Source: Minutocellus sp. GHC0000111 | Lineage: Eukaryota | Direction: 5' to 3' | Length of the DNA stretch: 64,000 bases | NCBI GenBank assembly: GCA_977018835.1 | Contig: OZ361259.1 | Coordinates: 124,001 to 188,000 of the forward strand | Part shown: piece after piece, positions 56,165-64,000 of the stretch | Position numbering within the stretch: the stretch's first letter is position 1 | How the letters are laid out: each line of letters opens with the position of its first letter | The notes under the pieces: generated by a model | Databases searched by the model: none | Told to the model about the DNA's origin: nothing | The model's input: the letters and a program-made list of their open reading frames with translations, nothing else | Made by a program: the position numbers and the translations under genes

Positions 56165-56969
56165 ATGTCTACTTCTGCCGAACTCTCAACCTCTCTTCAG
56201 GTTAAAAAGCTGAGCCCCAGCGCTACAATTCCCACGAGAGGCAGCCCGCTGAGTGCCGGCTTCGACCTCTCCGCCAACGAGAAGAAGGTATGTAAAACTC
56301 GTGCTCGATCGTCATTATTTTCGAGCACTATTGTTTTGTATGCGTTTGGAGTGTCACTAGCGACATCGTGCGTTCGTATCTTTTTGACACATAATTTGCG
56401 TTGGAATTTTGAATTCATTATTTTGGCGGGGTCAAGAGAAGCAATTCAAATCCCCAAGTTAGAACGATACACCACCCGCTTTCACTGGTCTCTCGGCGTT
56501 TCGTTCTTTGCCTGCCGACTAAATTGAATACGCTTTATCAAACTTCTACTCCCACTTCACTTACTTTCAGGTGATTCCCGCTGGTGGTCGTGGCGTCGTC
56601 AAGACCGACATTAGCATTGCTTGTCCGGCTGGCACCTATGCACGAATCGCCCCCCGCTCCGGTCTTGCTGTTAAGAAGGGTATCGACGTCGGCGCCGGAG
56701 TGGTCGACGCCGACTACCGCGGAAATGTCGGGGTTGTTCTATTCAACTTTTGCACGGAAGACTTTACGGTCGACGTTGGTGATCGCATTGCTCAGCTTAT
56801 TCTTGAAAAAGTCAATATGGCTCCTGTTGTGGAGGTGGAAGAGTTGACCGAGACCGAGCGCGGTGCTGGTGGATTTGGCAGTACTGGCGTGAAGGAGTCG
56901 GATCCCCAGACTAAGAAGCTACGCACTATCTCACCTTTGCCACCTGTCGAGGGCGAAGCTAAGAACTAA
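56165..56969 (+). CDS. DUT: dUTP pyrophosphatase, 2 exons (56165-56287, 56571-56969)
   Basis: [45 protein letters not shown]...TTTCAG intron. Confidence 0.96.
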
Positions 56970-57187
56970 GCTGTATGCAGTGTACGAAATTCGTAGGGAT
57001 AGAGTTTTCAGTGCTATGGTAATGCATTCCAAACAGAGCACCCATATATATTGTAACAATAATAATGAAGTATAAAATAAAGAGGCCACCATGGGTGAAT
57101 CAATGCATTATTTCTCTAACTTATATTATTGCACACAAATTTATGTACCAGAACAATCTCTCAGCATACCACGGTATATCGATGGGA

Positions 57188-58699
57188 TTATACCGATGGA
57201 GTTTCCCAGTGCGTTTGGACCACGATGGGTTCCATCGACATGTTGAAGTCAGGTTGGGTCCAACTCTCGTCGACAAAGCCGACAAAGTCGACCTGTTTGA
57301 CATCGACGAATTCCTGGACGGAACTGGCACGGAGCCAGCTCGCAAACAGTGCCTTTTGCGTATCGTCCTTGAATACCGAGGAAATGGCACCGTTGAGCTG
57401 AAATTGCGAGGGAATTAGCGATTCGTCGTACTGTCCCGATGGACCGGTGCCCGGAACGGTAACATAAACCTTCTTCTGCAAGATGGCAAACAGCGTTGCT
57501 CCGCCCTGCAAATCACGAGTCACCTTCAAAAGCTCGATAGAATCTTCCTCCACCTCCTCACCAAGTCGTCGTCTCAGCATGGGAGGCTTGAAGTCATCCG
57601 ATATATGCTTCTCATATTGCTGCGGCGTCGGCCGGGCGACGATATTGCTCTTGGTGGGATAGAACAGGGTGTTGGTAAGAGGACTTACCGACGTCGTTTC
57701 CTCGCTGACATCTCTCCGTTTGATCCCCTGCGAGACGAGGATGGTATTGAACTGAATGTCCTCGATGCCCACGGCTAGCTTGAGATTGGACACGATCATA
57801 CCGTCCAAGATGTTGTTCAGCTCGGCAAAGGCCTTGTGGAACAGGTAGGTGGGCAGGCCGGAGATGGCCACCTCGAAGCGTGTGCCCTGCACGATTTTGG
57901 TCACGGGTTCGTACACTGGAACTGCCGTGGGGGGCACATTTGTAGGTGGCGGATTGGTAGCTGCTACAGCCGAAAGTACCACTGCTTGCGTGGGGCTTCC
58001 GGATACCGGCGCAAGCGTGGGAGAATCGGTCGGCGCTGAGCTTACCGGTGCATCTGTCGGCGCTGGGCTGACCGGAGCTGCGCTGGGTTTCGCCGTAGTG
58101 GGCGAATCAGTCACAGGTGCCTTACTGGGATTTGAGGTTGGACTGGAAGTGACGGGCGCATCGGTCGGTGCTGGGCTGACGGGTGCCTTGCTCGGACTGC
58201 TGCTGGCCGTAAGAGTTGGGCTGGCCGTTGGACTTGGCGTCACCGGACTCTTGGTGGGTGTCAATGTGGGCGAGGTGGTTGGGTTGGCCGTCGGATTTTG
58301 ACTAATCGTCGGACGGAACGTAGGCGATTTGGTCGGGCAGGTGTAGTCGGCATCGCTCCGGCAGGCCATTCGGGTGGCATCGAAGAGCATGCCCTCGTCG
58401 CAGCTTTGGTGAAAGTTGAGCATGCCCCCGGAACACCACACCACCCGGGTGCATAGATCGGCCACGACGAATCCACTGTATCCGGTGGGACAGAGAGTGT
58501 GGAGATCGGCGGCGACGGGGCTGACGGAATTGCTCAGAAGGATCATGGCGCTGCACAGAGCAGCTGCCACGATGCTTCTCATGGGTCGACGACGATGAGC
58601 CATGGTCGATGTCGACAATATCGATATCGACGACGACTGCATTCGCCTCGATCCCATCTTGGAATTGGTAGGCCTGGGAAGGAGGCTGTAGCGCTTCAT
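57188..58699 (-). CDS. Secreted CBM14 chitin-binding protein with Pro/Thr/Ser mucin-like repeats
   Basis: Hydrophobic signal, CPTGYSG...C...C...CDEGMLFD...C...C domain, SPAPTDAPV repeats; true start may be a later Met. Confidence 0.8.
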   Translation of the reverse strand: MKRYSLLPRPTNSKMGSRRMQSSSISILSTSTMAHRRRPMRSIVAAALCSAMILLSNSVSPVAADLHTLCPTGYSGFVVADLCTRVVWCSGGMLNFHQSCDEGMLFDATRMACRSDADYTCPTKSPTFRPTISQNPTANPTTSPTLTPTKSPVTPSPTASPTLTASSSPSKAPVSPAPTDAPVTSSPTSNPSKAPVTDSPTTAKPSAAPVSPAPTDAPVSSAPTDSPTLAPVSGSPTQAVVLSAVAATNPPPTNVPPTAVPVYEPVTKIVQGTRFEVAISGLPTYLFHKAFAELNNILDGMIVSNLKLAVGIEDIQFNTILVSQGIKRRDVSEETTSVSPLTNTLFYPTKSNIVARPTPQQYEKHISDDFKPPMLRRRLGEEVEEDSIELLKVTRDLQGGATLFAILQKKVYVTVPGTGPSGQYDESLIPSQFQLNGAISSVFKDDTQKALFASWLRASSVQEFVDVKQVDFVGFVDESWTQPDFNMSMEPIVVQTHWETPSV

Positions 58700-59133
58700 C
58701 TGCCTCTAGCTGCAGCATGCATCGGCGAGGGACGACGACGACGTGCTGCTTGACTTTGCCCGGCTTTCTTGGAACAACTTCTCGCCAAAAATGTCTAAAA
58801 GCCTGCCGGGTTCCACATGTAATGCACTATGACCAAATCTTCGGAGTATAAAGTATTCAGATCTGAAGAAAGAAGATAATTTTCGAGCCTGCCGTTCCAA
58901 GCATTTTTGTCCGGCGAGCCAATAAACCATAAGCGATGGCGGACAGGATCGCTCGTTATCGCTTACAAGCACCTGTTTGCTGTCAGCACATTAGTAACTT
59001 GCCCCAGCCGGAAAATCTCTCGATTTGTCCCTGTATCCCTGCATCGCCGAGCCAAGAACAGAGAAGGAAGGAAGGAAGGACCCAGTCGGAACTTTGCAAC
59101 TTCAACCGAATACTTTCGAGCACGTGGTCGGCC

Positions 59134-61875
59134 ATGTCCTTGCCAGCCCGACGCTCCTCGGCGCGGCGGCACAACAGTATGTGCTCGTCGTCGTCGTCAT
59201 TGGCACCGAATCTCCCAGCGAGCCTTCACCTTTCGGCGAGCATCCTGGCCCTCGTGGCCCTCGTCGGCACCTGCTCGTCCGTCGATGCCACCGCCGCCTC
59301 GGTATCCTCCCTGGGTATACCCACTCCCATCGAATCGTCCATGGCCATGCACTACCAGCCCGGCGTCGCCGACGTCGCCGATCTGTGCCCGCCGGACTAC
59401 GACGGGGCCTACATCGCCGCCGGATGCGAATCCATCATCTGGTGCGCCGACGGCAGGCTCACGTTCCAGGCCGGCTGTCCCGAGGAGGGACAGCTGTTCG
59501 ACGACACGTGCCTGTGCTGCCGCGATGCCGACGAGTTCGAATGCCGCGTCGAGGAAGCCCCACAGGTGGAGGTGGAGGAACAGGCAACGGCGGCAGTAGA
59601 AGTAGAGGAAGAGGACAAAGTAGAAGTAGACGACAGCGCGACAATCATCGCAGATGACTTCACGACGGATCAGGTACCCTGCGTCCGATGTACCAACATC
59701 CCCACCGAATACATGCTGAAGAACGACGTCAGCTGCGCCACGTACGAGCATGCCTTTACGCGCCGGTGCGGCACCGAGTATGGATGGTGGGGCCGCAACG
59801 CCAATCCCGAGCATTGCCAGTATTCGTGCTGGGCCAACGGCGTGGCCTACGCTACCCAGAGGGGCAGGCCCTGCTGCGAGCGAGAGGATACCGACGACGT
59901 CGAGCTGGCTGCCAAGCTGTTTGCCGATGCCGCTGCTGCTGCTGCCGCTGCTGCTGCTGATATTACTACCGATGCTGTCGCCACAGCCGAAGAACCCATT
60001 ATTGCCGCTGTGGATGAGCAACCAGTCGACGAGGTTGCATCCTCCGGCTCCACGGCATCGATCTGTGATGCTGGCTTCACTGGACTGACGGCCAACGACG
60101 ATTGTACCTCCATCTCTGTTTGCAACAATGGCGAATTGGCCTATTCAATGGACTGCCCCACCGGCACTCTATTCGACGACAACTCCAAGCAGTGCGTCCA
60201 GTGGCACCGCCAATTCGTCTGCACCAAGAGCCAGATGGAGGCTAAGGCTAAAACAGTCGAAACCATCGAGAACAGCTCCGAGTGTCCCCGGGGCGCGTCG
60301 GGCCTTCACCCGCTCCCCGACTGTATTGGGTACAACGTCTGCTTCCTTGGAACGAAATTGTTCGGAACGCCATGCACTACTGGTACCCTCTTCAACGTCA
60401 ACACGCAGCAATGCGAACGCTGGCACAGAGGATTCGTCTGCGGTGGCACTCCCAATACTCGTGCCGAAGCTCCTACTACGGCAGCATTCGCTCCCACCTC
60501 AGTCCCAACGGCAGGCCCGACGGCAAGCCCAACGAAGGAACCGACTTCTGCCGTCGATCCAGACTCCCAGATACTGCCGGACACCGTGTCCCCGGCAGGT
60601 ATCTGCCCCGCTGGACTTACCGGTTTTATCCCAACTCCCGATTGCAAGGGTTCCAATGTCTGCCGGAATGGCGTATTCAAGTATGCCATTGAATGCAAAG
60701 ACGGACATTTGTTTGACTCTGACAAGGGCCGATGCGTCAAGTGGCACCGTAAGTTCGTATGTGGAGGCGATTCCAATGAAGTGGATGCCGACAGCAACAA
60801 TGGAGAAGATCTTCCCTCTCCAACCGGAGCTCCCACTGGAGCGCCGACTGGATCTCCTACCCGTGCACCCGTGGCATATGTTTGCCCCGAAGATTTCACG
60901 GGCATGGTGGCAACTACTGGCTGCTGTGGGTCATACGTCTGTCGCGCTGGAAAGTACTTGATGGGCCCCATTGCCTGCCCATCGGGAACTCTCTTTGACG
61001 AGGCCATGGGCATTTGTGTCGACAGGAGCCCCTGGTTCGTATGTGCCAATAGTGCAACCGGAGCCGGAACTCGTGCCAAAGATACTGATGCTCCGACTAG
61101 TTCACCAGTTGAAGAGAATGTTGGTCCCTGTCAGTCTGGTTTCACTGGTCTGAGCCCAACTGAGCAGTGCAAGGGCGCCAATGTTTGGCGAGACGGTGCC
61201 TTTATCATGGCGATGGACTGTCCCGGTGGAAGTCTATTCGATGCCAACATTCAGCAGTGCGTGGCTTGGTATAGGTCATTTGTCTGCGGCGACGTCGCCG
61301 AGGACTCTACTGGTGACTCCAACAACGAAGTTGAGCCGAAGGGTGCCGGGAAGGGTAAGAAGTCTGAGAAGGAGGACATTGTCCTCGACGAGGCCAAGGC
61401 AGTGAAGGGTGAAAAGGGTGATTCCAGCAAAGATTCTCGTGATAAAGTATCTATGGACACCGTCGATCTCCCGGTACCCCCACCAGCCCCAACCCCGCCG
61501 ATGCGACAAAGATCACGATGCCCCAGAGGATTCACTGGTAAGGTCCCGGCAAACGATTCCTGTAGCTCCTACATTTTCTGTGAAAGAGGCCAATACGATA
61601 ATCATGGTGTGGTGAGCTGCCGACCGGAGCAATTTGTATTCGACTTTCTGACTCAGAAGTGCGTGATGCCATACCGAAGCTTCGAGTGTATGTACACCAT
61701 CCTGACTACGGAGGAAGAGGCAATTGCCCAAGAGTTGATCGCTCAAGTCAAGACCGGCGAGGAGACCGTTTCTGACGGCGAAGAAGAAATCGCCCAGGAG
61801 TCATTGGCAAAGGTAGAGATCCAACAAGTGCCACTTTCCGGTGGAAGCAGCTCAGGAAACAATATCAGAGCATAA
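59134..61875 (+). CDS. Secreted multi-CBM14 (seven peritrophin-A-like repeats) cell-wall protein
   Basis: Seven C..G.TG......C....C........CP.GTLFD....C-type repeats, PT linkers, one extra Cys-rich domain; start at 59134 preferred over 58936. Confidence 0.85.
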   Translation: MSLPARRSSARRHNSMCSSSSSLAPNLPASLHLSASILALVALVGTCSSVDATAASVSSLGIPTPIESSMAMHYQPGVADVADLCPPDYDGAYIAAGCESIIWCADGRLTFQAGCPEEGQLFDDTCLCCRDADEFECRVEEAPQVEVEEQATAAVEVEEEDKVEVDDSATIIADDFTTDQVPCVRCTNIPTEYMLKNDVSCATYEHAFTRRCGTEYGWWGRNANPEHCQYSCWANGVAYATQRGRPCCEREDTDDVELAAKLFADAAAAAAAAAADITTDAVATAEEPIIAAVDEQPVDEVASSGSTASICDAGFTGLTANDDCTSISVCNNGELAYSMDCPTGTLFDDNSKQCVQWHRQFVCTKSQMEAKAKTVETIENSSECPRGASGLHPLPDCIGYNVCFLGTKLFGTPCTTGTLFNVNTQQCERWHRGFVCGGTPNTRAEAPTTAAFAPTSVPTAGPTASPTKEPTSAVDPDSQILPDTVSPAGICPAGLTGFIPTPDCKGSNVCRNGVFKYAIECKDGHLFDSDKGRCVKWHRKFVCGGDSNEVDADSNNGEDLPSPTGAPTGAPTGSPTRAPVAYVCPEDFTGMVATTGCCGSYVCRAGKYLMGPIACPSGTLFDEAMGICVDRSPWFVCANSATGAGTRAKDTDAPTSSPVEENVGPCQSGFTGLSPTEQCKGANVWRDGAFIMAMDCPGGSLFDANIQQCVAWYRSFVCGDVAEDSTGDSNNEVEPKGAGKGKKSEKEDIVLDEAKAVKGEKGDSSKDSRDKVSMDTVDLPVPPPAPTPPMRQRSRCPRGFTGKVPANDSCSSYIFCERGQYDNHGVVSCRPEQFVFDFLTQKCVMPYRSFECMYTILTTEEEAIAQELIAQVKTGEETVSDGEEEIAQESLAKVEIQQVPLSGGSSSGNNIRA

Positions 61876-62009
61876 GCCCTGGTACACTGACAGATCCTAC
61901 TTCAACCCCCTCCCGTGCTAAAATGTTCAATTATGCATGTCTGTTCATTACTATTCGTAAGTTGATAATATTGCCCAATAAATCATGTGATATTCTACTG
62001 ATAAGTGCG

Positions 62010-64000
62010 TTATACCAAAGCTCCATCGGGATCATCAGTACCGAATGATTTTGTAGTGCTGGGACTATCGGATGGTGCGGGGGCTCTTGGACCATCTTCG
62101 TTATTCGGAGGAGAAGGAGCTCCAGTAACGCCAACAGCTCCAGTAACGCTGTTGGCATCAGCGACAGCCGAATCATTGATTTGGTCTAGTTGTATGCCAT
62201 CATCACTCTTACTCTGTTCCGCTTTTGGAGATTCATCATTACCTTCACCCTCACTCTCCTGCCCCTGGTCTTCTTCTGGCGCATCGTCTTCGTTGTCGCC
62301 GATATCATCCTCAACTTCTCCACCATCGACCTTCTTGTCCTCACCCTCTCCTTCCTGTTCCTGTCCATTATCACCCTTTTCGCTCGAATTTTCGTCTTCT
62401 TTTTCCTGAAGATCCTCTTTCTTCTCCTCCTTGCCAAGGTTGGCAGGAGGCGCCCATCGCTGATGGCCATGCTTGGTGAATCCCGCGCGGGTGATGGCCA
62501 CAGAGATATTCTTTTCGTACGACTTGACCTCCAGCTTCCCCAGCATAAGACTTACCCATCCCGAAAAGACGTACGAGTTCTTGACCCAGTTGAGCACCTC
62601 ACCACGGGTGACACCGCCGTGCTGTTCGATGACGGCTTGCAATTCGGTCGACCACCCAGCGGTCATCACTGCGTGGACGGCAACGGCAGAGTTGAGAAGC
62701 TGGTGGGGCCTTCCCCATGCGTCGTCGGATGCCACGGCCTCGTTGCAGCGCTGGAGCAACGTGGCGGTCGGAAGAGCCTCGAGGTCGGCAATGACCTTGG
62801 CCTGGCCGACCTTGCCTCCACCTCCACCAGTACCGGTTGCGTTCGAAGCGCTCTCCGTCTTGACCTTTTTGGCAGCCGTGGCGGTTGCAGCCGCTGCACT
62901 ACTAGCAGCCGCCGCAGCCTCGGCTTCGACCGCCGCCTTAGCAGCCTTTGCCTCTTCTCGCGCCCTCTTTTTCTGAAATACCGCATACGACGGGTTGGGG
63001 ACCTGCATCTTGGGTGCGTCACTACCGGTGGCATTACTCTTGGGCAGCAGAAAGTACAGCGAAAACCCCGCGAACCGCACCGTCGTACCGTTCCGCAGCA
63101 CGGCCGCCTCGCCCTGTCCAATCTTCCGCCCGTCCTTGCCGGTCCCGCCGACGGTAATCTTGTTCTTGCCGAGGCACTGCAGGACAAAGTAACCCGTAGG
63201 GGGCAGCTGCTTCATCGAGGAGGGTCGGACGATCTCCCCCACCGTGATGGCCTCGTCTTCGTCGTCGGCGGAACGGAGGTGGTAGACCAAACCACCACCG
63301 CCGCCACCACCGCCCTGCTTGTTCTCAACGTCGCTATTGTCCGAGTCGTCATCATCATCGGCAGCACTCCGCAGCGAACCACCAACCCCGTCCAGGTAGT
63401 GTATCCGGACATGATTCCGACTTAGAAGCCGGGCATCGCCCAAACTGAAAAAGTTGGGATCCTTGGTCTTGTGATTTCTACCGAGGACGGCCGGCAGGCG
63501 GGTGATGGGTACCGAAATGACGGACCGTTTGGTCGGATCGTCGTCGTCCTTTTTGGGATCGTCGAGGATCCCCGTGAGGAGTGCGTAGGCGGGGGTGGGG
63601 ACCGGTCCGCCCAGAGTTGTTGTAGAGGGTTCGTCGTCTTCGTCTTCGTCGTTGTCCTCGTCATCATCATCGTCATCTCCTGAACTGCCTCCTGACTCGT
63701 CTTCCGCGTTCTCGTCCTCGTCATTATTTGATTCACCGCCACCGCCGGCCTCCTCTTCATCGACCTCCATTTGATCTTCTTCATCTTGCTCATCCTCATT
63801 ACCCTCTTCGGCGCCACTCTCACCGTCATCATCGTGGTCATCCTCATTCTCACCCCCTTCCATCTGCGTCTGCGTCGGCATGATGTTATCATCATCGCCA
63901 GCGGTTGGAGCTGCAGCCTGTGCAGCTGCAGCCGTGGTACTCGTCGACTGAGATGGCCCCGGTACCGGCGAGGCCGAAGCGGCGGTAGCCGAAAGGACCG
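62010..64000 (-). CDS. FHA-domain protein with acidic tracts (5' end beyond window)
   Basis: VLGR...LLSRNHVRI...LGKNKITV FHA motifs; frame stays open from 63881 to window end. Confidence 0.75.
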   Translation of the reverse strand, partial: VLSATAASASPVPGPSQSTSTTAAAAQAAAPTAGDDDNIMPTQTQMEGGENEDDHDDDGESGAEEGNEDEQDEEDQMEVDEEEAGGGGESNNDEDENAEDESGGSSGDDDDDDEDNDEDEDDEPSTTTLGGPVPTPAYALLTGILDDPKKDDDDPTKRSVISVPITRLPAVLGRNHKTKDPNFFSLGDARLLSRNHVRIHYLDGVGGSLRSAADDDDDSDNSDVENKQGGGGGGGGLVYHLRSADDEDEAITVGEIVRPSSMKQLPPTGYFVLQCLGKNKITVGGTGKDGRKIGQGEAAVLRNGTTVRFAGFSLYFLLPKSNATGSDAPKMQVPNPSYAVFQKKRAREEAKAAKAAVEAEAAAAASSAAAATATAAKKVKTESASNATGTGGGGGKVGQAKVIADLEALPTATLLQRCNEAVASDDAWGRPHQLLNSAVAVHAVMTAGWSTELQAVIEQHGGVTRGEVLNWVKNSYVFSGWVSLMLGKLEVKSYEKNISVAITRAGFTKHGHQRWAPPANLGKEEKKEDLQEKEDENSSEKGDNGQEQEGEGEDKKVDGGEVEDDIGDNEDDAPEEDQGQESEGEGNDESPKAEQSKSDDGIQLDQINDSAVADANSVTGAVGVTGAPSPPNNEDGPRAPAPSDSPSTTKSFGTDDPDGALV

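Noticed and set aside
56165..56969. dUTPase as viral or retroelement cargo
   Set aside because: Has a spliceosomal intron and no neighbouring viral or LTR features
62190..63425. 411-aa plus-strand ORF and similar long antisense ORFs
   Set aside because: Shadow frames of GC-rich genes on the opposite strand with no recognisable motifs

Overview
Gene-dense eukaryotic nuclear DNA, most likely a diatom (ASAFAP-type bipartite plastid targeting signal, short GT-AG introns, CBM14 chitin-binding proteins, class C GPCR); the species cannot be named from sequence alone. Two structures dominate. (1) A 3.66-kb TA-targeting DNA transposon with 47-51 bp imperfect TIRs is present four times (9378-13038 +, 21442-25101 -, 5'-truncated 32735-35893 +, 44297-47956 -). 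It carries two convergent ORFs: a plant-mariner-like DDD transposase (D-160-D-38-D) whose N-terminus looks HMG-box-like rather than the usual HTH, and a 378-aa ORF2 with a C-terminal HTH-like motif and basic tail. This is the best candidate for an undescribed system (a two-component Tc1/mariner). (2) A near-identical 22.86-kb tandem duplication (9878-32734 and 32735-55624) has a 3-bp microhomology junction that joins a GPCR C-tail in frame to an intact transposase lacking its left TIR. Host genes include NEIL3-like glycosylase, RIC8 (in-frame TAG), Mpv17/PMP22, Zn-ADH, a METTL21-like methyltransferase, an SPFH protein, a transposon-disrupted BAR-like/GRAM/VASt gene, EMC7, a plastid GIY-YIG-NFU fusion, a frameshifted class C GPCR, dUTPase, two chitin-binding proteins and an FHA protein. 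All domain calls are from motif recognition by eye, not database searches.
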